Of a stretch of DNA of 64,000 nucleotides, positions 1 through 9,071 are shown one piece after another. Both the position numbers and the translations under genes were made by a program. Within the stretch, counting starts at the first letter, position 1; each line of letters starts with the position of its first letter. The DNA lies in sequence record PV231353.1. One strand, 5' to 3'. The notes below the pieces were generated by a model. That model searched no databases and was not told where the DNA came from. It saw nothing but the letters and a program-made list of their open reading frames with translations.

Positions 1-174
1 CACCCAGTCGTTGAAGATTTGGACGTAGGCCGATTCACCCGCCGCGCCGAACAGCAGCGTGCCGCCAGGACCCTTGCGCTTGCCGATCTTCTGGACATTC
101 CCGCAGGGCGTCCAGAGGTCGAGAACCCGAGCATCGGCGGCCAGCACGCCGTCGCGATAGACGATACACGTCAT
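1..174 (-). CDS. HslV/proteasome beta-like (Ntn-hydrolase fold) protein, runs off the window edge
   Basis: Not in ORF track. Hand translation MTCIVYRDGVLAADARV...QKIG...LLFGAAG; Thr after Met, LAAD, KI and G-x-AG match the Ntn-peptidase N-terminus; GAGGAG SD upstream. Confidence 0.5.
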   Translation of the reverse strand, partial: MTCIVYRDGVLAADARVLDLWTPCGNVQKIGKRKGPGGTLLFGAAGESAYVQIFNDWV

Positions 175-204
175 ACGTCCAAACTCCTCAAAAGCAACTT
201 CAGA

Positions 205-897
205 TCAGCGCGGGGCTTGCGGCAGGCGCTTGGCCGCCGGGTTCCGGGCCGAGCCCGTGGTCGGACCCGCCAGACGCCCGACCTTCTCGGCCTTGAAGCC
301 CTCGGGGCGCAGGGGCGTGCGCGACTTGCCCGACGCGGCGGACCGCTCCTTGACGAGGTCATCGCCGCCCTGGGTCTGGGGCGTGGCGCCCTTGATCACG
401 CCGCCCTTGCGGTTGACGTTCGGGGAGTTGACCGACTGGACCTGCCCGTTGGCGCCAGCCGCGATCTGACGCGTCGTCAGATCGACCAGGGCGTCGGCGA
501 AGGCCGACAGCAGGGCCAGGGCGGAGTCCTCGACCGGCTTGGCCGAAACGCCGGTGAAGCCGGTGTCCTCGTGCTTGGCCTTGCCGCTGATCCGCACCGA
601 GATCAGCCGGGTCTTCTTGTTGCGGAGCAGGCCCGAGACCTGCTCGCGGGTCGAGACGTCGACGCGGGCGCCGGGCGCGACCGTTTCCAGCAGGGCCAGG
701 GTGGCGTAGTAGCTGTTGACGAAATTGAGGGCCGAGCCCTTGGGGTGGCCGACGGCGGCGGCGATCTTGGCGAAGCCGTTGTCGATCACGGTGCAGGCGA
801 GGCTGGTCGGATAGGACTCGGTCAGCAGGGTGTTGACCTGGGTCTTCAGGGTCTTCAGTTGGTTGATGTCCAGGGTGAGGGCGCGCTTGGCGACCAT
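205..897 (-). CDS. hypothetical protein with basic low-complexity C-terminus
   Basis: 230 aa ORF, AGGAG SD, co-oriented gene chain. Confidence 0.75.
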   Translation of the reverse strand: MVAKRALTLDINQLKTLKTQVNTLLTESYPTSLACTVIDNGFAKIAAAVGHPKGSALNFVNSYYATLALLETVAPGARVDVSTREQVSGLLRNKKTRLISVRISGKAKHEDTGFTGVSAKPVEDSALALLSAFADALVDLTTRQIAAGANGQVQSVNSPNVNRKGGVIKGATPQTQGGDDLVKERSAASGKSRTPLRPEGFKAEKVGRLAGPTTGSARNPAAKRLPQAPR

Positions 898-907
898 GGT
901 CTTTCTC

Positions 908-1444
908 CTAGTCCTGCTCGTCGATTTGGCGAGCGCGTTGAGTGTTACCGTGGCGATAATCGTTCCAGTGGTCCATCTTGACGAACTTCCCGCCCACCGT
1001 GCGTTGGACGAAAATCCCGTCCGGGGAGACCAGCCCGTATTTCTCGTCCGCCTCGTTGATCATGCGGAAGAACTCCGCCTGCCAGGGGATCGGCATCTCC
1101 TGGAGCGACACGCGTGGCAGGCAGAGCCAGGAGGCGTAGGAGAGCCCGAAGAAGTAGCTCGACGGGGTGTCATGCAGCGGCACGTCGCCGGCGTAGTGCG
1201 TCACGTGTCCGGTCTTGGGATCGCGCGCCGAATGGCTCCAGGCGGCCCAGAGATCGCGGCGGCTGGCCTCGGCGTCGGCCTGACCCCGGATGATCGCCTG
1301 GACGTCCGGAGTATAGCCCGAGAAGGCGGTGGTGTCGTTCTCGTCCAGGCAGTCAGCCAGGGCCGCGCGCAGGGCCGATCGCAGCTTGTCCTCGGTCAAG
1401 GTCGCGTCGGCGGCGATCTGGGCGATACGGTCGCGGAAGGTCAT
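908..1444 (-). CDS. hypothetical protein
   Basis: True start MTFRDRIA at 1444 overlaps upstream stop (ATGA). Confidence 0.7.
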   Translation of the reverse strand: MTFRDRIAQIAADATLTEDKLRSALRAALADCLDENDTTAFSGYTPDVQAIIRGQADAEASRRDLWAAWSHSARDPKTGHVTHYAGDVPLHDTPSSYFFGLSYASWLCLPRVSLQEMPIPWQAEFFRMINEADEKYGLVSPDGIFVQRTVGGKFVKMDHWNDYRHGNTQRARQIDEQD

Positions 1445-1869
1445 TGGCAGACGTCCTTGGCGTCGCGCGCGGTCACGGGCGACATGTAGGTGTCGGGGTT
1501 CCAGGCGCCGGGCGTGCTGCCGCCATAGATATAATCGCCCGGCGCGGGCGGCGTCATCGACCCGCCGTTGCTGGCGACCTTGCCCGGATTGGCGTAGGCC
1601 GAGAGCCACAGGCGCCCGTCGCTTCCGCGCAGGACGAATTGGCCGTTCTGGCGGCAGACGCGGGCGATGGTCATGCGCCATGCGTAGTTGAGCTTGGCCT
1701 TCTTGGCGGCCTCGTCCCGCAACCACTGTTCATGCCCCAGGCGCGCCCAGCGCGCCTTCTTGGCCACGAGGTCCTTGTGCTCCTGCGACCAGAGAGGGTG
1801 GTTGTACTCGTCGCACGCCGAAAGGCTGATCCCGGCGATGACAAGCAGGAGGAGAGCGCCGCGCCGCAT
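1441..1869 (-). CDS. putative lipoprotein
   Basis: MRRGALLLLVIAGISLSA-C: basic N-terminus, hydrophobic core and lipobox; start coupled to the nampt stop (TGATG). Confidence 0.7.
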   Translation of the reverse strand: MRRGALLLLVIAGISLSACDEYNHPLWSQEHKDLVAKKARWARLGHEQWLRDEAAKKAKLNYAWRMTIARVCRQNGQFVLRGSDGRLWLSAYANPGKVASNGGSMTPPAPGDYIYGGSTPGAWNPDTYMSPVTARDAKDVCQ

Positions 1870-3299
1870 CAGGCGATCTCGTAGCCGGCCGCGACCCGTT
1901 CGCGGATTTGGTCCAGGGTCGCCGGCTCCAGCACCTTGCCGGTGTTGAAGACCTCGTCCAGCAGGTCGTGCTCGACCACATCGCCCTCGTGGACCGTGAT
2001 GGTCTCGAAGCGGCCGTCCTCGGTCGTCACCAGGGCCAGCTTGCCCTTCTTGGAGACCTTGCCCGGATCGGTGATCGGGTCCTTGTAGATTTCGACCCAC
2101 TCGCCGTTGATCTCCTGGGCCGAGGACTTCATCGCCCACTTGTTGGTGTCGCGGTCCAGGTCGCCCGTCGCCAGACCGCCGCCGGCGGCCGTGATGATGC
2201 TGTCAGGCGCGACGCCGATGTTACGGGCCAGGATGAACGGGTCCATGTGGGTGTTCTCGTTCATGCCGTCGCCCTGGAGGACCTTGGCGCCCAGGTTCAG
2301 CACGTCCAGGCCGTGGCTGTTCTTCTGGGTCCCGAAGCCGGCGGCCAGGGTCTGGACGACCGGCGGGATGACCTTGAAGAGGTCACCCGAATCCGGGCGG
2401 CAGACCGGGGTCAGGTTCTTATTGGCGATCAGTTCCTTGCGCTCGGTCAGCTTGCCGGCGAAGCGGAAGATGTCCCAGGTGTCGCCGACCAGCGAGACGA
2501 TCGAGCCGGGAGGCGCCTTGTTCAGGCAGTGGTCGATATAGTCGTCGTCGTTGTCGCGCCCGAACGCGCACGAGATCGAGTGCTCCGAGGCCAGGACCGA
2601 ATAGCCCGACATCTCGCTGAAGTAGTTGATATTCGCCGCCCGCACGCCGGGGACGTTGTCCGAGCCCTGGAAGTGGAAGAGGTGGGCGATGCCGGCCAGG
2701 ACCGAGTGGTCATAGCCCATGGTCCCGCGCGAGGAGAAGTCGAGGAAGGCGAACGGCGACATCGGGGTGTCGCTGTTGGCTTCCCAGAAGCTCTTGATCC
2801 GCGTGGCGATGCCGTTGACGCGCGCGGCGATCGTCGAGGCCGTCCAGACGTCGCGCAGGATCATGGTCTCGAAGTAGGAGGTCAGCCAGGGCAGGCGCGG
2901 GTCGAGGTTCTCGACCGAGATCAGCGCGTTGCGGATCGGGATCATCACGCCCTCGGGCGCGGCCTTGATCCGCAGCGGGAGATAGCCGCCGTACTCGTTC
3001 AGGATGATCTCCCAGCCGTCGCGGTTGAACGGCAGGCCGTGGGCCGGCACGAACGCGGCCATCTCCTCGACGTTGGCGCGGGTGACCGGCCTGCCGAGCT
3101 TCTGGAAGAGCAGGCGCTGGAACGCCGCCAGCATCACCTTGGGATAGCGCCCGCCCCGGCTCTCGATGTAGCTGTAGACGGTGGTGCAGCCGTCACGATA
3201 GAGCACCCAGTGCCCCAGCTTGTAGCTGTCGGTGTCGGCGATCAGATTGTAGGTCTCGACGGGCGGCGTGCCGTCCCAGTTGGCGAGGTCAAAGGCCAT
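1869..3299 (-). CDS. nadV: nicotinamide phosphoribosyltransferase (NAMPT)
   Basis: DTDSYK, YSYIESRGG, DFSSRG, SEHS, RPDSGD, QGDG, RDT..WAMK, KDPITD.GK.SKKG motifs. Confidence 0.95.
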   Translation of the reverse strand: MAFDLANWDGTPPVETYNLIADTDSYKLGHWVLYRDGCTTVYSYIESRGGRYPKVMLAAFQRLLFQKLGRPVTRANVEEMAAFVPAHGLPFNRDGWEIILNEYGGYLPLRIKAAPEGVMIPIRNALISVENLDPRLPWLTSYFETMILRDVWTASTIAARVNGIATRIKSFWEANSDTPMSPFAFLDFSSRGTMGYDHSVLAGIAHLFHFQGSDNVPGVRAANINYFSEMSGYSVLASEHSISCAFGRDNDDDYIDHCLNKAPPGSIVSLVGDTWDIFRFAGKLTERKELIANKNLTPVCRPDSGDLFKVIPPVVQTLAAGFGTQKNSHGLDVLNLGAKVLQGDGMNENTHMDPFILARNIGVAPDSIITAAGGGLATGDLDRDTNKWAMKSSAQEINGEWVEIYKDPITDPGKVSKKGKLALVTTEDGRFETITVHEGDVVEHDLLDEVFNTGKVLEPATLDQIRERVAAGYEIA

Positions 3300-3313
3300 G
3301 ATGAGGTCCCCCT

Positions 3314-4555
3314 TTAAGCGTTGAGGCTGAGCATGCGGTCCACGATGAAGGCGTGGTCCTCGAAGGTGTCGCCGGGGTCGATCTCCGAGATCGGGTCCCA
3401 GTCGGCGGCGGCGGCGTCGTCATGGCCCTGCACGTGCGGCAGACCCAGGCCCAGAGGCGGGGGCGGCAGGACGAAGTGATAGGCCGTGGAGATGATGTGG
3501 GCGCGCCGCGAGCGGTGCGGGTCGTCGAACACCTGGGGATCGCCGATCTGATAGCGGCGCAGCAGGTGCATCGCCTTCAGCACGCAGTCGGGCGCCGGCG
3601 GGGCGGCGGACTTGGTCTTCTCGGCCGCCTTGCACGCTTCCAGCCACGCGCGGTACTCCGGCAGATGAGCGGGCGGGATGAACAGCGCCGTCTCCTCGAT
3701 CACCTCGCGCAGGCAGTTGTCCATCAGCGAGCGACCGGCGTTGACGAAACCGCCCGGCAGGGCTTTCATCCCAAAGCCCTCGGGGCCGCCGCGCCGGATG
3801 CGCAGGATGTGACCGGCGCACTCGACGACCGCGTCCACCGCCAGGAAGGGGCCAGCGCCCCAGCGTTCGCGATAGGCGTCCTCGGCCTTCTTCTGCGACA
3901 TCAGATAGGCGTATTCCGGGCGGTCCCGGAACCGCTCCAGGAAATCGATCGTGCTCGGGTAGAGGAGATCGGTCCAGGCGTAGCCGTTGTCGCTCCACGA
4001 GGTGTCGCGGAAGTTGACGGCGCCGGCGAAATAGGCCTTGCGCAGGGCGGTGGCGTTGACCCCGTTGTCCTCGACCGGGGTGTAGGGCCATTGCGGGAAC
4101 CACGTCAGATACTCGCTGGTGGCGTCGCGGATGTTGCCGATCAGGGTGACGCGCGGACGCAGGACCTTGGAGGCGTTCTTGACGTGCTGCTGGACCTGGG
4201 CGATCCACTCGTTCTTCCCGTAGGGGCCGGTGTCATTGAGCGCGATCACCTCGGTGCGGCTCAGGAGATCAAGCACGAGGGCGGCGTGATCGTCCACGCG
4301 GCTCTCGACGGTCTCGGCCTCGCGGCCGGCGTCGGCCTCTTCCTGGGCCAGATCGCTGAGCCCGTTCAGGATCATCTCCTGGCGCTCGCGGAAGGTGAAG
4401 GGGTTGCGGGTGTCGCGGGCGAGATTGGCCGAACCGACGAACCACAGGACCTTGCGGGCCTTGCGGCGCGCGGCCTGGAAGAGGCGGAAGTGACCCATCC
4501 TGGTCACCAACTGCCCCCGCGTGATCAGCACCGCGATGTCATATTCGAAGTCCAC
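3314..4555 (-). CDS. nadM: bifunctional NMN adenylyltransferase / Nudix (ADP-ribose pyrophosphatase)
   Basis: N-terminal nucleotidyltransferase (MGH, GSAN..RDTRNPFTF.ER, NATALR); C-terminal AVDAVV, LPGGFV, REVIEET, FDDPHRS.R, FEDH. Confidence 0.9.
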   Translation of the reverse strand: MDFEYDIAVLITRGQLVTRMGHFRLFQAARRKARKVLWFVGSANLARDTRNPFTFRERQEMILNGLSDLAQEEADAGREAETVESRVDDHAALVLDLLSRTEVIALNDTGPYGKNEWIAQVQQHVKNASKVLRPRVTLIGNIRDATSEYLTWFPQWPYTPVEDNGVNATALRKAYFAGAVNFRDTSWSDNGYAWTDLLYPSTIDFLERFRDRPEYAYLMSQKKAEDAYRERWGAGPFLAVDAVVECAGHILRIRRGGPEGFGMKALPGGFVNAGRSLMDNCLREVIEETALFIPPAHLPEYRAWLEACKAAEKTKSAAPPAPDCVLKAMHLLRRYQIGDPQVFDDPHRSRRAHIISTAYHFVLPPPPLGLGLPHVQGHDDAAAADWDPISEIDPGDTFEDHAFIVDRMLSLNA

Positions 4556-4983
4556 TATCGCTTACCCCTCATTCTGAAGCCGGGCCGGATGCGCCGGATC
4601 GGCTTGTTCTCGTCCAGGGAGCGACCCCCATAGCCGCTCAACTCGCTGAAACCGTTCATGCGCACCGCGAACCGGCGCGTCTTGACGGTCAACTGGTCGC
4701 GCTCGAAACCGCGCTCGACCAGCGTCAGGTCGATGACGTCGCCGAACACCTCCCCGTGGAAGATGCGCCGCCGCGCCCAGGCGATCGCCGCCCCGAGGTG
4801 CGGAAATTCCCGGCGCCGCTCGGCATCCCGGATCGAGACGCCGTCGGCATAGCTGGCGTCGACCCAGTCCAGTGTGACCTCGCGGCGCGGCGCGGTCACC
4901 TTCTTGAACTCGATCGGCGGCGACGGTTGGCCCAGGCCACCCGTCTCGATGTCAAAAACCGCGTAGGTGATTGTCTCCGTCAT
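4555..4983 (-). CDS. hypothetical protein, first gene of the NAD operon
   Basis: ATG at 4983 just after a promoter; stop overlaps the nadM GTG (TAGTG). Confidence 0.65.
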   Translation of the reverse strand: MTETITYAVFDIETGGLGQPSPPIEFKKVTAPRREVTLDWVDASYADGVSIRDAERRREFPHLGAAIAWARRRIFHGEVFGDVIDLTLVERGFERDQLTVKTRRFAVRMNGFSELSGYGGRSLDENKPIRRIRPGFRMRGKR

Positions 4984-4984
4984 G

Positions 4985-5035
4985 CCTCGCGACACTACGC
5001 TTTGGGTTCTTGTATTGTCAACACATCACTTCAGG
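4985..5035 (-). promoter_or_regulatory. sigma70-type promoter (TTGACA-N18-TAGTGT), near-leaderless
   Basis: -35 at 5016-5021; no SD and no ACGACAAC leader before the ATG at 4983. Confidence 0.7.
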
Positions 5036-5499
5036 AGCTTGAGGGCCGGGGCGTGATATTTGAACCCCGCCTCGCTGATCGGCCCCACGCCCACGAAGGT
5101 GATGGTCGGCTTGCCGAACACCGTGCGGCCCGCGTCGAGGACGAGGGTCGCGCCGGCATGGTCGCGGAACCGCTCATAGAGGGCTTCCAACTCGGCGCTG
5201 GTCCCGGCGTGGAGCGCGATCTTCACGGCCGACTGCGAGTAGCGGTATTGCCGCGCGATCCTGGGGAACCGCTCCATGGCGTCCCACCACGCATGGAGGT
5301 AGGCGTGGCCGGCCTGAGCCGCGAGCTTGCCCAGGTTGAGGGATTTCTCGTCCGGCTTGCGGCGGTTCTTGGCCACGGTCATCGCGTCGAGCGCTTCCTG
5401 GCTCACGACGGCGTAGAGGCGCAGTTCGGCCTTAGGCTTGCCGGCGAAGACCGCCATCAGAGAGTCCCAGGCGTTGCGCCAAGCGTCGATCACGTTCAT
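5026..5499 (-). CDS. peptidyl-tRNA hydrolase type 2 (Pth2 family)
   Basis: GKLAAQAGHA, KIAL, DAGRT, TFVGVGP motifs. Confidence 0.8.
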   Translation of the reverse strand: MNVIDAWRNAWDSLMAVFAGKPKAELRLYAVVSQEALDAMTVAKNRRKPDEKSLNLGKLAAQAGHAYLHAWWDAMERFPRIARQYRYSQSAVKIALHAGTSAELEALYERFRDHAGATLVLDAGRTVFGKPTITFVGVGPISEAGFKYHAPALKLLK

Positions 5500-5939
5500 G
5501 AAAAGCGGCTTTCGTAGGAGGCCTCCAGGGCGATCGCCGCGTCGAAGGCGACGTCGATGAGGTCCTCGTGCATGAGAACATCGAAGGAGCGGTCGACCCG
5601 GAGGGCGAACTGGGCTTCCATCGAGCGGTTGAAGGCCAGGAGGTCCTTGTGGAGCCCCGCCATGCGGTCCAGGAGCTTGATCGCGTAGACGTCCGGCCCG
5701 AAGGTCCCCCGCGTCTGATGCAGGCGCTTCTTGACGTCGTTGATCGTCTCCCAGGACTTGACCTTCAAGTCCTCCATGAGGTCGGCCTGCTGCTCGACCC
5801 GGATCAGGTGACGCAGCAGCCGCCGGAGCCGGGCCTGGATTTGATCAGGCGGGGCCGACGGCGGAGGAGCGCGACACTCCTCCGCCTCGGTGGCGATCAT
5901 CTGACGCGCCCGGTTGACGCAGTCGAGGATCGAAGCCAT
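5496..5939 (-). CDS. hypothetical protein
   Basis: 147 aa, overlaps both neighbours. Confidence 0.7.
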   Translation of the reverse strand: MASILDCVNRARQMIATEAEECRAPPPSAPPDQIQARLRRLLRHLIRVEQQADLMEDLKVKSWETINDVKKRLHQTRGTFGPDVYAIKLLDRMAGLHKDLLAFNRSMEAQFALRVDRSFDVLMHEDLIDVAFDAAIALEASYESRFS

Positions 5940-6364
5940 CAGCCCTCGGCGGCCGGCGCTTCCGGCTCAGCGGTGGTCTTGCCCTTGCCCTTGCTCGCCG
6001 GCGCGGCCTGGGCTTCTTCCGCCGCCGGCTCGGCGATGGGCGCGGGGGCTTCCACCACCGGTTCGGCGTCCGCAGCCGCCTCGACCGGCGTGTAGTCGGC
6101 CTCGAACGCGGCCGGCTTCAGGATGGCGATCTCGTAGGTGTCCTCGCCGCGCGGGATGCGGACGATGTAGTCGTCCTGGGTCGCCGAGGCGATCTGGCCG
6201 TTGATCGGGACCAGGAGCTTGCCGACGGCGTCCTTGCCGACGTGCATGGTCCCCATGGCGGTGTAGCCCGAGTGCTGGGTCAGCCACGCCGGCAGGTCTT
6301 CCAGGCGCTGGAAGCTGTACTGGACGGCGTCCACGGTCACCGGTTGGCGGATATACTGGGTCAT
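5939..6364 (-). CDS. conserved phage hypothetical protein with Ala/Glu/Pro tail
   Basis: Y..QPVTVDAVQ ... DYIV ... KP..FEADY pattern common in phages. Confidence 0.75.
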   Translation of the reverse strand: MTQYIRQPVTVDAVQYSFQRLEDLPAWLTQHSGYTAMGTMHVGKDAVGKLLVPINGQIASATQDDYIVRIPRGEDTYEIAILKPAAFEADYTPVEAAADAEPVVEAPAPIAEPAAEEAQAAPASKGKGKTTAEPEAPAAEG

Positions 6365-6963
6365 GCGGTCTCCTGCTGGAGGTTAGCCGGCGCCGGAATG
6401 GCGTCGGAAAGGGCTTGCTCGACCAGGACCAGGATGTCCATGACGAGCTTGGGATTGAGGTCGGGCTCGGTGAGCGCGGCGGCCAGGGCGTTGATCCGGA
6501 ACCACGTCGGGTCGGCGTGCGGGATCAGATTGAGATTGTGCAGGTGCAGCAGCGTCGAGCCGTGGGAGGCGGTCCGCTCCGAAAGCTCGCGCAGCACGCG
6601 GGCGCCGGCGAGTTGGTCGGCCAGGACCTTGATCACGCTGCCCGAGGGAGCCAGGAGCAGGCGCATCCAGTCGCCGTTCGGATCGTCGGCTTGGCGCAGG
6701 TCCGGATGGTCCAGCGTCTTGCCCCAGATCACCTCGTGCGCCTTGGCGGCCAGCGAGCGGCGGCGGCGGGCGAGGTCTTCGGCGTCCTTGGCGGCGCGCA
6801 GGCTGGAAAGCGTCGTGGCGATCAACACCGAGGGAAAGAGCGCGACGACGAAGAACGCGGCGCGCTCAAGTGGCGAGGCGTGCGAAGCCACGATATTCAT
6901 GGCCGTGCCGATCAGCACCGTCGGATAGATCAAGCCGCCGTGGCGCTGGATGAACGAGATCAT
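6361..6963 (-). CDS. membrane protein
   Basis: Two N-terminal hydrophobic segments; directly behind a promoter cassette. Confidence 0.7.
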   Translation of the reverse strand: MISFIQRHGGLIYPTVLIGTAMNIVASHASPLERAAFFVVALFPSVLIATTLSSLRAAKDAEDLARRRRSLAAKAHEVIWGKTLDHPDLRQADDPNGDWMRLLLAPSGSVIKVLADQLAGARVLRELSERTASHGSTLLHLHNLNLIPHADPTWFRINALAAALTEPDLNPKLVMDILVLVEQALSDAIPAPANLQQETA

Positions 6964-7038
6964 GAAAAGGGCCTCCGGCGTTGTCGTCGAAGGCCCTTCT
7001 AGCGAGTCGGTGTCAGGCTGTCAACACATGTCAGCCAA
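6964..7038 (-). promoter_or_regulatory. promoter-leader cassette with dyad and U-tract
   Basis: TTGGC-N6-GTG-TTGACA(7019-7024)-N17-TAGAAG-GGCCTTCG-ACGACAACGC-CGGAGGCCC-TTTTC-ATG. Confidence 0.85.
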
Positions 7039-7040
7039 GA

Positions 7041-7652
7041 TCAGGCGGCGTTCGTCACCAGGGTTTCCAGGCGATCAAAGCCCAGGTCGAGGCGGCCCCA
7101 CATCGACGAGGGCGTATGCGGCTTGACCACCTCGGTGAACCGCGCGCGCTCCTTCAGATACATGCGGGCCATGGGGATGTTCGGCTGGCCGGTTGCCGGG
7201 TCCTTGATCGAGGCCTCGACATTGGCGATCCGGTCGGCGAGCTTGAGGATGCAGGCCTTGGGGTGCTCGCCCAGCTTGCGATAGATGTCCTCGTTGCGGG
7301 CCTTGCGGTTGGGGCCGATGCCCGAGACCGCCCAGACCAGCGCCGCGACGTCCTCGCCGAACTTTTCCTTGATCATCTCCAGCCGCTGCTCGGGCGTCAT
7401 GTCGAGATGGGTGTCCTCGATCACGTCGTGCAGCTTGGCGGCGGCCGTCCAGGTAAAGCCCAGGAAGCCGTAGTCGTCGAGGATGCGCTCGACCTTCTGG
7501 AGATGGTAGAGATAGGGCTGGCCGGCGTACTGCTGGTCCCCGTGGGCGGCGATGGCGAACTCCGTCGGGTCTTCCTGGCGCAGCGGCGCGCCCGGAGCCG
7601 TCGGAAGGCCCGTCAGGATGGAGGCGAGTTGGTCGAGCGAGGCGTCAGACAT
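7041..7652 (-). CDS. HD-domain protein, RelA/SpoT hydrolase (SAH/Mesh1)-like
   Basis: AH.DQ....PY..H...V, AAKLHDVIEDT, FGEDVA.LV, KLADRIAN. Confidence 0.85.
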   Translation of the reverse strand: MSDASLDQLASILTGLPTAPGAPLRQEDPTEFAIAAHGDQQYAGQPYLYHLQKVERILDDYGFLGFTWTAAAKLHDVIEDTHLDMTPEQRLEMIKEKFGEDVAALVWAVSGIGPNRKARNEDIYRKLGEHPKACILKLADRIANVEASIKDPATGQPNIPMARMYLKERARFTEVVKPHTPSSMWGRLDLGFDRLETLVTNAA

Positions 7653-8058
7653 GGGGCTTCTCGGAGATCGGGGTGAAGACTTCCAGGCCGTCGACGATCT
7701 GCATCAGATGCGTCGGCGGGTGGGCGGGATTGTAGCGGATGTAGCCGGCGAGGCCGCCGTCGATCATCGCCCCGCCCCGCTCCTTGTAGTCGTGCCGGAA
7801 GCGCGAGACCAGGAACGAGCCGTCGGGCATCTCGATCGCCGAGAACTGGGCCTGTCGGATCGAGGCCGCCGAGGTGATGTAGAGCCCGCCGCCCAGCGGA
7901 TGGGTGAAGAGCCCGAAGTAGTTGTCGTGCCCCTTCTCGCGGTCCGGCGTCTCGGTGTAGAAGACGTGGAACGGCCCCTCGCGATCGGGGAGGTCGTAAT
8001 AGCCAACGTACTTGGCGTTGTAGTGCTTTTCGGCCCCGGCGATGTTGATGCTGCTCAT
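7645..8058 (-). CDS. hypothetical protein
   Basis: Start MSSINIAG at 8058 overlaps the HNH stop. Confidence 0.7.
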   Translation of the reverse strand: MSSINIAGAEKHYNAKYVGYYDLPDREGPFHVFYTETPDREKGHDNYFGLFTHPLGGGLYITSAASIRQAQFSAIEMPDGSFLVSRFRHDYKERGGAMIDGGLAGYIRYNPAHPPTHLMQIVDGLEVFTPISEKPHV

Positions 8059-8558
8059 GCGACCCTCAGGAATTCTCCCCAGGCGGGGAGGGCGTGCTTC
8101 AGATAGGCGGCGTGCGCCTCGTCCGGCGTCGTGTAGCACCCGAGATAGCGATACACCCCGTTGATCGTGACCTGGGCCTGGAACGGCTTCGTCTTGCTCC
8201 GGCTCTTGGTCACGCCCTTGGGAAGCGCGCCGACGTTCGGGCGGTTCACGAGGTTCTGGGACCGCGTCGCCTTCCGGAGGTTCTTGATCCGATTGTTGCG
8301 CCGGTTCAAGTCCTTGTGGTCGACGTCGTGATCGGGCATCACCCCGTGGTGGATCGCCCAGGCCACCTTGTGGGCGGCGATCTGAATTCGCCGGCCGCCA
8401 TAGGAGACCTTCATCACCCGATAGCCGTCCTTGGTCACCGAACCGCAGCGCTTGCGGGACTTGGAGCCCCGCACGGTGATGGCGCCGGTGGCGGGATCGT
8501 ACTTGTAGCGCGCCCGGAGGAAGTCGACCGGGATCGAAAACTCTGCATCCCCCGACAT
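8055..8558 (-). CDS. HNH endonuclease with AP2-like DNA-binding domain
   Basis: AHKVAWAIHHG...VDHKDLNRRNNRIKNLR then KGV...FQAQVTING..RYLGCY.TPDEAH.AY. Confidence 0.85.
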   Translation of the reverse strand: MSGDAEFSIPVDFLRARYKYDPATGAITVRGSKSRKRCGSVTKDGYRVMKVSYGGRRIQIAAHKVAWAIHHGVMPDHDVDHKDLNRRNNRIKNLRKATRSQNLVNRPNVGALPKGVTKSRSKTKPFQAQVTINGVYRYLGCYTTPDEAHAAYLKHALPAWGEFLRVA

Positions 8559-8562
8559 AGGA

Positions 8563-8801
8563 TTAGTCCTTCTGGGCGTGCCGCTTGAAGATGAGGTAGA
8601 AGCCGTAGGCGACGAGCACCGGATCCAGAGCAGGATCAGGGCCACGGTCTGGCCAAGGGTCATGAAGAAGAACGCGGTCTTCCAATCGCTGTTGTACGGA
8701 TTGTCGCGCGCCTCGTTGATCTTGGGATAGTCGATCGCATAGCGATAGCCCGCCCGCGCGAGGCCCAGCAGCAGCCCGACGATGAAATAGAGGTCGGTCA
8801 T
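8563..8801 (-). CDS. small membrane protein (1-nt frameshift at about 8621)
   Basis: Adding one base at 8621 gives ...LLWIPVLVAYGFYLIFKRHAQKD*; removes the artificial fusion to the HNH. Confidence 0.65.
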
Positions 8802-8804
8802 GGC

Positions 8805-9071
8805 TTACTTCTCCGAGGCCTCGATCATCTTCTGGGCGCCAGCGTTCAGCTTCTTGCGCAGGAGCCAGAAGACCGGAATCCAGAACAGGGCGAACAGGCT
8901 GGCGGGCCAGAGGGCGCCGAGGACCAGACCGGTGATGAAGACGAACCAGCCGTAGATGCCGAATTCGTCGAGGGTCCTGATCCCCATCTCGCGAACGAAG
9001 GTCGGGACGATGGTCGCGCCGGCGACCCACCATCCGATGGCCAGGAAAAGGCCGACGAGCCAGTAGAACAT
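8805..9071 (-). CDS. membrane protein
   Basis: 88 aa, 2-3 hydrophobic helices. Confidence 0.75.
   Translation of the reverse strand: MFYWLVGLFLAIGWWVAGATIVPTFVREMGIRTLDEFGIYGWFVFITGLVLGALWPASLFALFWIPVFWLLRKKLNAGAQKMIEASEK

Noticed and set aside
4920-4983. DEDD exonuclease call for 4555..4983
   Set aside because: Only an ExoI-like motif is present; the other acidic motifs were not found, so it is left as hypothetical.
8055-8801. Apparent membrane protein-HNH fusion, and long track ORFs 12886..13959, 30908..31534, 40401..41549, 52555..53502
   Set aside because: Products of a frameshift or of upstream in-frame extension; internal starts coupled to neighbouring stops define the real genes.
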